Source of the DNA: a bacterium | GTDB lineage: Bacteria; UBA8248; JACPRG01; G963555815 | Direction of reading: 5' to 3' | Length of the DNA stretch: 64,000 nt | Assembly (NCBI GenBank): GCA_965261595.1 | Contig: CBDHDG010000005.1 | Coordinates: 576,001-640,000, forward strand | In this document: piece after piece, positions 20,125-31,231 of the stretch | How positions within the stretch are numbered: the first letter of the stretch is position 1 | How the letters are laid out: the number at the start of each line of letters is the position of its first letter | Made by a program: the position numbers and the translations under genes | The notes under the pieces: generated by a model | The model's input: only the letters and a program-made list of their open reading frames with translations | Told to the model about the DNA's origin: nothing | Databases searched by the model: none

Positions 20125-21371
20125 ACCGTAGGGTCTCGGCCGGGTCAACCCGGGATGCCTTCCAGGCTGGATACAGGGTTGCCAAAGAGCAAAGCCCGAA
20201 CGCGGTTGCGACGATCAGCGCCACATCTCCGATTTGTACGTCTACGGGGAGCCGATTGATAAGATAGACGCTGCCCTGAAAAATTTCAAGGCCAAACTGG
20301 TTTTCCAGGAAGTCCGCGATGTCCGGCAGTTTCAGCGCCAGGGCGATCCCGCCGGCCGTGCCGAGAAGCGTCCCGACGGCGCCCACTGTCATCCCGTCCA
20401 CCATGAAGATCTTCATGACGCCCCGGTCCGTTGCGCCCATCGACTTCAGAATCGCGATGTCCCGCGCCTTTTCTTTGACCACCATGATGAGCGTGGCGAC
20501 GATGCTGAAGGTGGCCACCAGGGTGATGAGGACCAGAATGATGAACATGACCGTTTTCTCCATCCTCAGCGCGGCGAACAGGCTGGCGTGCATCTGCATC
20601 CAGTCCCGCGTCCAGTAGGGAAACCCCAGCTTTTCCCGAACGGCGCCCGCCACCTCACGGGCCTTGTAGATATCGGATACTTTGACTTCGACGGCCGACG
20701 CGGTGTCGCCCATCTCGAAGAACGCTTGCGCCTGCCCCAGCGAGATAAGGGCCAGACCGTTGTCGTACAGGTAATAACCTGAGTTGAAGACCCCCGTCAC
20801 GCGGAACTTCCGCGCCCGGGGAATCAGGCCCGCCGGCGTCACGCGGCCCAGGGGAGAGATGACCAGCACCTCGCTTCCCGGCGAGACCCCCAGGGACCGG
20901 GCGAGATCCGCGCCGAGGATGATCGCCGGCTGGCGCGTCCGGTTCGGTCCGGGAAAGGTGCGCTCCAGGTCCTCGAACCGCCCCCGGGTCATCCTGAGGG
21001 CGAATTCGGTCACCTTCCGCTCCAGAGCCGGGTCGACCCCCCGCAGGACGATGCCCGTTACGCTTTGTCCGGCCCGCAGGAGGACATGGTTAACGACGTA
21101 AGGCGCCGCCGAGACGACCCCCTCGATCTTTCCCACCTTGGCCAACACCCCACGGTAGTCCTTGATCGCCCCTTGAAATTGTTGGATGAGAATGTGCGCC
21201 TGGCCGCTCAGGATCCGCGCCTGGAGGGATTTCTGGAAGCCCGTCATGACGCCGACGACGCAGATGAGCGTCGCGACGCCCAGCATGACGCCCAAGGCGG
21301 AGATCCAGGGACCCACCGAGATGAGGTGGTTCTTCCGCTTGGAGCGCAAATAGCGCAGGCCGACCCAAAGT

Positions 21372-21382
<11 letters not shown>
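20117..21382 (-). CDS. lolE: Lipoprotein-releasing ABC permease LolC/E
   Basis: GLRYLRSKRK, VMTGF, DIAILKSMGA and YPAWKASRVDPAETLRYE. Start is TTG 21382 or ATG 21436. Confidence 0.9.
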
Positions 21383-22934
<1,552 letters not shown>

Positions 22935-23053
22935 CGGGCGGGCCTTCCAGACTGAATCGGTGATTGATTGGACTTTGAGTGACTTGAAGCTGGGGCATGG
23001 CAACCCTCGGGAGCGATTCGGTCCTCGATCGGTTCAGTCCATCTCATGAGGCT

Positions 23054-24164
23054 TCACGATCCATCCACCTGGAATTCTATCAGATAGGCCTCGATGAAGC
23101 GGTCGAGATCCCCGTCCAGGACGGCGTCCACGTTTCCGACCTCGACGTTCGTCCGGTGGTCCTTCACCATCTGGTAGGGGTGGAGGACGTAGGACCGGAT
23201 CTGGCTTCCGAAGGCGATCTGCTTCTTGCTGCTGTGGATGACGTCCAACTCCTCTTCCTTCTTCCTTTTCTTCAGGTCGTACAGCCGGGCCTTGAGGACC
23301 TTCATGGCCGTCGACTTGTTCTTGTGTTGGGAGCGCTCGTTCTGGCAGGAGACGACGAGCCCGCTGGGGATGTGGGTGATCCGCACTGCCGAGTCGGTCA
23401 CGTTGACGTGCTGGCCGCCCGCCCCGCTGCTGCGGTAGGTGTCGATCTTGAGATCGCCCTCGTCGATCTCGATCTCGATGTCGTCGGCCACTTCGGGGAA
23501 GACGAAGACCGAGGCGAAGGAGGTGTGCCGCCGGCCGGCGGTGTCGAACGGCGAGATCCGGACCAGACGGTGGACGCCGACCTCCGGGCGGAGGTAACCG
23601 AAGGCGTACGGGCCGTTGACCGCGAAGGTGGCGCTTTTGATGCCCGCCTCCTCCGCCGACAGCAGGTCGAGGGTCTCGGACGTGAAGCCCCGGCGCTCGG
23701 CCCACCGCAGGTACATCCTCATCAGCATCTGCGCCCAGTCCTGGGACTCGGTCCCTCCGGCGCCCGCGTTGATGTGGACGAGGGCGTTTCGCGCGTCGTT
23801 CTCCCCGGACAGCTTCAGCTTGAACTCGATGTCCTGGAGGTTCCGGAGGAGCTCCTCGACCTCTCCCTCAAGCTCCGCCACCTCGTCGCTGTCGGCCTCT
23901 TCCTCCGCCAGAAGCTCCTGAAGCTCCTCCGCGTCGGTGGCCCCTTTGTTCAGCTTGTTCCATTCCTCGACCGGGGCCGCCAGGGCCGCGCGGCGCTGAA
24001 GGGTCCGCTGCGCCGTATCCGGGTCGTCCCAAAAACCTGTCCGGCTGATGACCTGATCGAGTTTTTCAATCTCCTTCTCTTTGCCCGCTAAGTCAAAGAC
24101 GACCTCGGACGGTTTCGAGGCGCTTGGAAATGTCCTCCAAGGTGTTCTTGAGGTCGCCGATCAT
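23054..24164 (-). CDS. prfB: Peptide chain release factor 2 with programmed +1 frameshift
   Basis: ATG 24164 gives MIGDLKNTLEDISKRLETVRGRL followed by CTT TGA C (24098-24092). The +1 frame continues DLAGKEKEI... through SPF and GGQ to the stop at 23054. Confidence 0.96.
24092..24107 (-). promoter_or_regulatory. prfB +1 frameshift site (internal SD-like GAGGT followed by CTT TGA C)
   Basis: The minus strand reads CGAGGT CGT CTT TGA C, the canonical RF2 autoregulatory site. Confidence 0.93.
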
Positions 24165-24226
24165 GATTCTTCCTCCCTCCGCGGTCACGGACGTAATGAT
24201 TCGATGGCGGTCCCGGCTCTGAACGG

Positions 24227-25936
24227 TCACCCCTTGCGGGCCGAATGTCTGCCGGCGGCCCATTGCAGTCCGAGGATCAAGACCGCGAGGGCCGCGCTCA
24301 GGTAAGCGAAGAGGTCTCCGTGCCGGGTGTAAAAGGTGAGTCCCGCCGGGCCGGGCATTCCGGGCGTGACGTTGGCGAGCACGCCCGTCCGAACGAACAG
24401 CGCCGTCGCCTCGCGGATTTTCCCGGTCGCGTCCACAACGCCGGTGATTCCCGTATTGGCCGCCCGGACGAGGGGGACGCGATTTTCCACCGCCCGAAGG
24501 GCGGCGATGCTCATGTGCTGATAGGGGCCCGCGCTTCGGCCGAACCAGGCGTCGTTGGTGATGTTCACCAGAAGCCGCGCCCCGTTCCGGACGAGGACGA
24601 ACCGCCTCACCTCATCGGCAAAGATCACCTCATAGCAGATTAAAACGCTGAACGGCGCTTTGGCGAGAGGAAAAACGGTGCGGCGGTTACCGGGAAGGAA
24701 ATCCCCGATGCCGGAGACCATCTTCCGGATGAAGGGGAAAAACCGCTTCAACGGGACGTACTCACCGTATGGGACTAAATGCGTCTTGTTATATTGACCG
24801 GCCACCTTCTTTTCGGGGGTGACGAGGAAGGCGCTGTTCCGCAGGCGGCGCTCCCGGTTTCGAAGCGCCACCGACACCGCGCCGACCAGCAGCGGGGCGC
24901 GCACCTTCGCGGACAGGTTCAGAACCCGCTCCCGGTAGGCCTTGTCCCGAAGGAAGAAGAACGGCGCCGCGGTCTCGGGCCACACGATCAAATCCGGTTT
25001 TCCCTGCGCGTGCTTATACGTCAGCTTTTCGTACACTTCGAGCGTTTTCAGCCGATACGCCTCGTCCCACTTCACCTCCTGCGGGATGTTCCCCTGAAGG
25101 AGGGCGACGCGGACGGACCGGTCCGGGCGTGCGCCCCCGGAGGAGGGGGGGGGGGGGGGCGCGGAAAAGGTCTCGAGCCGGGCCCGGCCGTAAAGGAGGG
25201 CCGCTCCCAGCAAGACCGCCGCCGCGCCGAGCGACCACGCGCTTCCGCGAAAGGCCCGGCCTTCTCCCTTCCTCTCCCCCCCCGGCTTGCCGCGCGGCCT
25301 CGCGTACGCCGGAATGAAATCCCGAATGACGCCCCAGAGCGCCGAATTGACGAGGACGATGAGGAAGCTCACGCCGTAAATTCCGGTGATGTCCGCGACC
25401 TGGATCACCGGCAGCGCCGCATACTGCGTATACCCCAAGGCCGCCCAGGGAAAGCCCGTCAAAAGGTGCGTCCGCGCGAGTTCCAGGGCGACCCACAGGA
25501 AGGGGGCCAACGCGAGCCGGACCCACCGGCTCTCCCGGCCGAACCGGCAAACGAGCGCGCAGAAGACTCCCGTGAACAAGCTCAGGTACGCCGCCAGCAT
25601 GAGCATGACTATCCAGGCGACGGGAAACGGGAGATTTCCGTACCGCGTCATGGTGATGGTGACCCAGGAGAGGGTTCCGATGTAGCCGACGGTTCCCGCG
25701 AGGCCGCCCAGCCAAAAGGCGCGGCGGGGCGCGACCCCCTCGATGGCCGCCAGCAGGGGGATCAGGGCCATCCAGGCCAGCGCCGCCAGGTCGTACTTTG
25801 GAAAACAAAAGGTGAGGAGGACGCCCGAGAGGACGGCCGCGACCAGCCGGCGCCGAAGGGGCGCCCCACGGAAGGGGGATGTCGCCGGGCCCTCCGATTC
25901 GGCCCGCGCCGCCGATGCCCGCGCCGAAGCGGTCAT
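24227..25936 (-). CDS. lnt: Apolipoprotein N-acyltransferase
   Basis: TGFPW, QGNIPQ, VWPETA, KTHLVPYGEY, ICYE, TNDAWFG and RAANTG. Confidence 0.95.
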   Translation of the reverse strand: MTASARASAARAESEGPATSPFRGAPLRRRLVAAVLSGVLLTFCFPKYDLAALAWMALIPLLAAIEGVAPRRAFWLGGLAGTVGYIGTLSWVTITMTRYGNLPFPVAWIVMLMLAAYLSLFTGVFCALVCRFGRESRWVRLALAPFLWVALELARTHLLTGFPWAALGYTQYAALPVIQVADITGIYGVSFLIVLVNSALWGVIRDFIPAYARPRGKPGGERKGEGRAFRGSAWSLGAAAVLLGAALLYGRARLETFSAPPPPPSSGGARPDRSVRVALLQGNIPQEVKWDEAYRLKTLEVYEKLTYKHAQGKPDLIVWPETAAPFFFLRDKAYRERVLNLSAKVRAPLLVGAVSVALRNRERRLRNSAFLVTPEKKVAGQYNKTHLVPYGEYVPLKRFFPFIRKMVSGIGDFLPGNRRTVFPLAKAPFSVLICYEVIFADEVRRFVLVRNGARLLVNITNDAWFGRSAGPYQHMSIAALRAVENRVPLVRAANTGITGVVDATGKIREATALFVRTGVLANVTPGMPGPAGLTFYTRHGDLFAYLSAALAVLILGLQWAAGRHSARKG

Positions 25937-27903
25937 TGCGTCTCCACTCCCGCCGAAGGGTTCGCGGCCGGGTATTCCGGCTCCGGGGGGGAGGGGGAGG
26001 GGGGGCCGGGGAGGGCGGCCGGGCGTGCGCGCCCGTCCTCTCCACCGATCCCCGCCACACGGTCTTTGACCGCCCGGGCCAGGGTTTTGTTTATGTGGGG
26101 GATTCCGGCCAGTTGATCGACGTCCGCTTCACGGATCTGGTCGACGCTGCCGAAGTACCGCAGGAGTGATTGCCGGCGGGCCGGGCCGATGCCTTCGACT
26201 TCGTCGAGGATCGAGCGCAGACGCGCTTTTCCGCGGCGCTTGCGGTGAAACTGGACGGCGAAGCGGTGCGTCTCGTCGCGGACCCGCTGGAGCAGGTAGC
26301 GGACGGGCGAGTCCGGCAGGAGGGGGATGGGGTCCGGGTGGCCGGGGAGGAAGATCATGTCGTTTCGCCCGCGCCGGTCGCCGCCTTTGGCCATGGCGAT
26401 GATGGGCAGGTGCTGGAGCGCCAGCTCGCCGAGGACGCGCCGGGCCGCGCCCAACTGCCCTTTGCCCCCGTCCACGAGGATGAGGTTCGGCCAATCTCCC
26501 CCTTCGGCGAGCGCGCGCCGGAACCGTCTCTCGATGACCTCGGCCATCATGGCGTAGTCGTCCGGGGTGTTTTCCGTCCGCATGATGTAGCGGCGGTATT
26601 CATCCTTGGCCGGTTTGCCGTCGAGGAAGACCACCATGCAGGCCACGGCGTCCGTCCCATGAAGGTTCGAAATGTCGAAGGCCTCGATACGCCGGGGGAG
26701 GTCGGTGAGGCGCAAGACGTCCCGTAGCTCGCCCAGCAGGTCTTCCCCGGCCGGTCCCGCCTCCTCGGGATTCTCGAGGAAGTGCCGGGCGTTGTCCGAC
26801 GCCATCCGGATCAGGCGGGCCTTGTCCCCCCGCCGCGGAACGCTCAACCGGACCCGCCGGCCACGCTGGCCCGTTAGCCACTCCTCGATGAGCGCCGTAT
26901 CCTGGATGGAAAAGGGCGTCAGAACCTCCGGCGGAATGAAGACGCCCCGCGCGTAGTATTGCTTGAGGAACGATTCCAGCAGGTCGCCTTCCGGCTCGGA
27001 GGCCGGAAATTTGAAATCGTACCCCTTGTCTCCCAGGACCTTGCCCCCCCGGACGAAGAAGAGGTGCACCCGGGCGCGGTCCCCGAACCGGTGGAGACCC
27101 ACCACGTCCTGGTCCTCCAGGTCGGTGGAGACGATCTGCTGCCGCTGGAGGCTCCGCTCCACGGCCCGGATCTGGTCCCGGTAGCGGGCGGCCTCCTCGT
27201 AGCGAAGCGTCTCGGCGGCGGATTGCATCTTCTCCTCCAGACTCCGGAGGAGCTCCCGGTCCCGGCCCTTGAGGAACAGGTTCACCCTGTCCACGAGGCC
27301 GTTGTATTCCTCCGGCGTGCAGTAGCCGACGCAGGGCGCGATGCACCGCTTCATCTCGTACTCCAGGCAGGGCCGGTCGCGCCGGCCGTCCATGGGCTCT
27401 TCGCACGAGCGGATCGGAAAGACCTTGTGGATCACCCGGAGGGTCTGGCGGATGGACTTCGCGGAAACGTAAGGCCCGAAATAGGCCGCCCCGTCCTTGT
27501 GCACCCGGCGGACGATCTCCAGCCGGGGGTGCGCCTCGTGGGTGGTGAACCGGATGTAGGGGAAATGCTTGTCGTCCCGCAGGACGACGTTGTACTTGGG
27601 CCGGTGGCGCTTGATGTAGTTGCTTTCGAGGATCAAGGCCTCGACGTCGCTGGCCGTGACGATGTAATCCAGCGACCGCACCTGATCGACCATCGACCGG
27701 ATCCGGGGCGAGGGCCGGGCGGAAGGCGCGAAGTAGGAGCGGACCCGCTGCCGGAGGGACTTGGCCTTGCCGACGTAGAGGACTTTCTCTTTGTCGTCCC
27801 GCATCATGTAGATGCCGGGCGAGGCGGGCAGACCCTCGCCCAGACGGTCTTTCCCCGCAACCTGCGTCCCGACTTCCCGCGCTTCGACTTTCTTGGCTCG
27901 CAT
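25933..27903 (-). CDS. uvrC: Excinuclease ABC subunit C
   Basis: GIY-YIG (LYVGKAKSL), RIEAFDISN, DGGKGQ, RDETHRFA and HhH. Confidence 0.97.
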   Translation of the reverse strand: MRAKKVEAREVGTQVAGKDRLGEGLPASPGIYMMRDDKEKVLYVGKAKSLRQRVRSYFAPSARPSPRIRSMVDQVRSLDYIVTASDVEALILESNYIKRHRPKYNVVLRDDKHFPYIRFTTHEAHPRLEIVRRVHKDGAAYFGPYVSAKSIRQTLRVIHKVFPIRSCEEPMDGRRDRPCLEYEMKRCIAPCVGYCTPEEYNGLVDRVNLFLKGRDRELLRSLEEKMQSAAETLRYEEAARYRDQIRAVERSLQRQQIVSTDLEDQDVVGLHRFGDRARVHLFFVRGGKVLGDKGYDFKFPASEPEGDLLESFLKQYYARGVFIPPEVLTPFSIQDTALIEEWLTGQRGRRVRLSVPRRGDKARLIRMASDNARHFLENPEEAGPAGEDLLGELRDVLRLTDLPRRIEAFDISNLHGTDAVACMVVFLDGKPAKDEYRRYIMRTENTPDDYAMMAEVIERRFRRALAEGGDWPNLILVDGGKGQLGAARRVLGELALQHLPIIAMAKGGDRRGRNDMIFLPGHPDPIPLLPDSPVRYLLQRVRDETHRFAVQFHRKRRGKARLRSILDEVEGIGPARRQSLLRYFGSVDQIREADVDQLAGIPHINKTLARAVKDRVAGIGGEDGRARPAALPGPPSPSPPEPEYPAANPSAGVETQ

Positions 27904-27920
27904 TTTGAAAAACCTTTAAA

Positions 27921-28420
27921 CCTTGGGGGGGCTTCTTGTAAGACGCCCCCCCAAACCCCCCTTAGAACTTTTCGACGGCCGAGCCAAGGGCTCGGCCTCT
28001 TCGCGGTGGGGATGAGTCGGCTGATTGTTCGTTAGCGGCGCGCGCAACTCTTACTTCACGAGGTTGCACCCCACTTTATTCAGTGCAAGGCCCGGCCGGT
28101 GATGATTTGTCGGCTTTCCCCCTCGCACCAGGGAGGGCGGGCGTCACGCCCGGCAATTCAGGGATATCGGGCAGGGGTGAACCGACCCGAATGCCCGACG
28201 CACATTTTAATGTAGGGACCGGGCTCCGTACCGGCCCGCTTTCGTAAGAAAACCGGCTAAAGATAAGGGAGGCATCGAGAGGACGCAGACAATCGGGACA
28301 GCCTGATCCGCCTCCAACCCAAGTAAGGCCAAGCCATATGGCTTGGCCGCCATCGGAAGGCGGGCTGGAAGCCCGCCCTACCGGGGTCTGGGGGGGCGTC
28401 TTACAAGAAGCCCACCCAGG
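27921..28420. repeat. Intergenic REP/MITE-like cluster bounded by ~38-bp inverted repeats
   Basis: 27921-27960 CCTTGGGGGGGCTTCTTGTAAGACGCCCCCCCAAACCCCC is mirrored at 28383-28420. Internal GTAG-headed hairpins occur at 28212 (+) and 28359-28381 (-). Confidence 0.75.
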
Positions 28421-28431
28421 AGATTGCCTTC

Positions 28432-30438
28432 TCACACGCTGACTCCCAGCTCTCGTTTTTCCAGGGCGGCGATTCGGTCTCGGAGTGCGGCGGCGGCCTC
28501 GAACTCCAGGCGCTCGGCCGCTTCGATCATCTCCGCGCGGAGTTGTTCGATCCGTTTGGACACGTCGCCCGGCGAGTCCGCCGTGAAGTACGGGGCGTCC
28601 TCTTCGGCCGCCTTGGAGACCGACGCGTAGTCCCGCTGCGACACGTTGCCGAGGACCTCGTTGATGTTCCGGACGATGGATCTGGGCGTGATCCCGTTCT
28701 CTTCATTGAAGGCCTCCTGGATCTCCCGCCTCCGCTGGGTTTCGGAGATGGCCGTCTCCATGGATTTCGTCATCCGGTCGGCGTACATCAGCACCGTTCC
28801 GTTGATGTTCCGCGCCGCGCGTCCGGTGGTCTGGATGAGGGAGGTCGCCGAGCGCAGGTAGCCCTCCTTGTCGGCGTCCAGGATGGCCACCATGGAGACC
28901 TCGGGGAGGTCCAGGCCCTCCCGCAACAGGTTGATCCCGATGAGGACATCGAACTCGCCGAGGCGAAGCTCGCGGATGATGGCCACGCGCTCGAGGGCGT
29001 CGATGTCGGAATGCAGGTAGCGCACCCGCACCCCCGCCTCCTGGTAGAATTCGGCCAGCTCTTCGGCGAAGCGTTTGGTGAGGGTGGTGACGAGGACGCG
29101 CTCGCCGGCCTCGACGCGCTGCCGAATGGCGGCCAGCAGGTCGTCCACCTGGCCCCGGACGGGCCGGACCTCCACCTCCGGGTCGGTCAGCCCGGTGGGG
29201 CGGATGATCTGCTCGGCCACGAGGCCGCCGCTGATGTTCAGCTCGTAGGGCCCCGGCGTGGCCGAGACGTAAACGACCGCGGGGATCCGCGCCTCGAATT
29301 CCGGATAGCTCAGCGGCCGGTTGTCCAGGGCCGAGGGGAGGCGGAAACCGTGCTCCACGAGGGTCGTCTTGCGGGAGCGGTCGCCGGCGTACATGCCGTG
29401 AAACTGCGGAATCGCCACGTGGCTCTCGTCGATGATGTAGAGCGAATCCGGCGGAAAGAAGTCCAGGAGCGTGTGCGGGGCCTCGCCCGCCGTCCGGCCT
29501 TCCAGGTGGCGGGAGTAGTTCTCGACGCCGTTGCAGTAGCCCACCTCCCGGAACATTTCGAGATCGAACTTGGTCCGCTGCTCCAGGCGCTGGGCCTCCA
29601 GGTATTTTTCCTCCCGCTTGAGCTCGAACAGGCGTTCGTCCATCTCGGCTTCGATGGCGATCAGGGCGCGGCGCAGGCGGTCTTCCGGCGTGACGTAATG
29701 GCTCCTCGGGTAGAGGTCCACCGACTGCCGCTTGCGGATGACCGTCCCGCGCAGGGGATCGATCTCGCTGATGGACTCGATCTCGTCGCCGAAGAACTCG
29801 ATCCGCAGCCCCGTTTCCGTCTCGTAGGCGGGAATGACCTCGACCACGTCCCCCCGGACGCGGAAGGTCCCGCGCTTGAAGTCGATGTCGTTGCGTTGGT
29901 ATTGGATCTGCACCATTCGGGTGAGGACCTCGTCCCGGTCGATGTGCTGTCCGGTTTCCAGATAAATGTGCATGCCGTGGTAGGTCTCGGGCGAGCCCAG
30001 GCCGTAGATGCAGGAAACGCTGGCGACGATGATCACGTCCCGGCGCGTCAGGAGGGAGAAGGTGGCCGAGTGGCGGAGCCTGTCCAACTCTTCGTTGACC
30101 GAGGCGTCTTTCTCGATGTAGGTGTCCGTGCTCGGCAGGTAGGCCTCGGGCTGATAATAATCGTAATAACTGACGAAATATTCGACGGCGTTTTCCGGGA
30201 AGAAGGTCCGGAACTCGTTATAGAGCTGGGCGGCCAGGGTCTTGTTGGGGGCCGCGACGAGGGTCGGTTTCCCCAAATCGGCGATGACGTTCGCCATGGT
30301 GAACGTCTTGCCCGATCCCGTGACGCCGAGCAGAACCTGGTGGCGGCAGTCGTCCCGGAGGTTCCCGAGGAGGCAGTCGATGGCCTCCGGCTGGTCTCCG
30401 GTGGGCTTGAAGTCGGATGTAAGCTGGAACGCGCTCAT
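28432..30438 (-). CDS. uvrB: Excinuclease ABC subunit B
   Basis: [22 protein letters not shown] and C-terminal UVR domain. Confidence 0.98.
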   Translation of the reverse strand: MSAFQLTSDFKPTGDQPEAIDCLLGNLRDDCRHQVLLGVTGSGKTFTMANVIADLGKPTLVAAPNKTLAAQLYNEFRTFFPENAVEYFVSYYDYYQPEAYLPSTDTYIEKDASVNEELDRLRHSATFSLLTRRDVIIVASVSCIYGLGSPETYHGMHIYLETGQHIDRDEVLTRMVQIQYQRNDIDFKRGTFRVRGDVVEVIPAYETETGLRIEFFGDEIESISEIDPLRGTVIRKRQSVDLYPRSHYVTPEDRLRRALIAIEAEMDERLFELKREEKYLEAQRLEQRTKFDLEMFREVGYCNGVENYSRHLEGRTAGEAPHTLLDFFPPDSLYIIDESHVAIPQFHGMYAGDRSRKTTLVEHGFRLPSALDNRPLSYPEFEARIPAVVYVSATPGPYELNISGGLVAEQIIRPTGLTDPEVEVRPVRGQVDDLLAAIRQRVEAGERVLVTTLTKRFAEELAEFYQEAGVRVRYLHSDIDALERVAIIRELRLGEFDVLIGINLLREGLDLPEVSMVAILDADKEGYLRSATSLIQTTGRAARNINGTVLMYADRMTKSMETAISETQRRREIQEAFNEENGITPRSIVRNINEVLGNVSQRDYASVSKAAEEDAPYFTADSPGDVSKRIEQLRAEMIEAAERLEFEAAAALRDRIAALEKRELGVSV

Positions 30439-30511
30439 GGCCGGTTCGAGGGTGAGGGGGGAAGAATCCCGCGGGCCGGGCCTTCCGCCCGGTCCCCGCG
30501 AACACCAGTCG

Positions 30512-31063
30512 TCAGCCCCGTCGGGGCCGGTAGGGCTCGATGTACTTTTCCCAGGATTCCAGGGTGGACGCCTGGACGGTGCTGGCCACGTATTGGTGGA
30601 ACAGGAAGTAAGGCCGGTGAGGCCGCCGGTACAAGCGGAGCCCGCTCTCCGCCAGCGTGCGGTTCCCCTTGTGCGAGTTGCAGGATTGACAGGCCGCCAC
30701 CACGTTTTTCCACGAAGTGTCGCCCCCCCGGGAGCGGGGAATGACGTGGTCGATGGTCAGCCCCTTGCCCTGGCGGCCGCAGTATTGGCAGGTGTGGTTG
30801 TCCCGGCGTGTGACGTTCCGTTTGCTGAACGCAACCTCCCCCCGCCGGGGGAGGTGGATGTATCGCTGGAGGCGGATGACGCTGGGCAACGGCAGCGACA
30901 GGGCGTAGGAGCGCACCCGGAGGCCGTTTTCCTCCACCGCCTCGGCCCGGCCGCCCAGGATCATCGTAATGGCCCGGCGGCCCGAGCAGATGTGCAGGGG
31001 CTCATAGCTCCGGTTCAGCACGAGGACCCAAAGAGAGTTGAAATCCAGTGTTGTCACGCCCAT
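30512..31063 (-). CDS. HNH endonuclease (McrA/HNH_5-like)
   Basis: [39 protein letters not shown] and CQSCNSHKG. Confidence 0.9.
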   Translation of the reverse strand: MGVTTLDFNSLWVLVLNRSYEPLHICSGRRAITMILGGRAEAVEENGLRVRSYALSLPLPSVIRLQRYIHLPRRGEVAFSKRNVTRRDNHTCQYCGRQGKGLTIDHVIPRSRGGDTSWKNVVAACQSCNSHKGNRTLAESGLRLYRRPHRPYFLFHQYVASTVQASTLESWEKYIEPYRPRRG

Positions 31064-31088
31064 GAATCCGATGCAAATTACCTTTTTG

Positions 31089-31118
31089 ACAATACGGTCC
31101 GGGCGCCCTCGCTGTCAA
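31089..31118 (-). promoter_or_regulatory. Putative sigma70 promoter for HNH-uvrB
   Basis: Minus strand TTGACA-N18-TATTGT, about 25 bp upstream of the HNH ATG. Confidence 0.55.
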
Positions 31119-31231
31119 CGGGGGTGCAACCCGAGCCCGGCGACGGACGCGCGGAGCGGTCCGAACCCTTGTGATAGAATCTCTTCGCCGGAAATCTCGC
31201 CCGCCGGCGGAGCCGCGAGGAAAGCTTTCTG

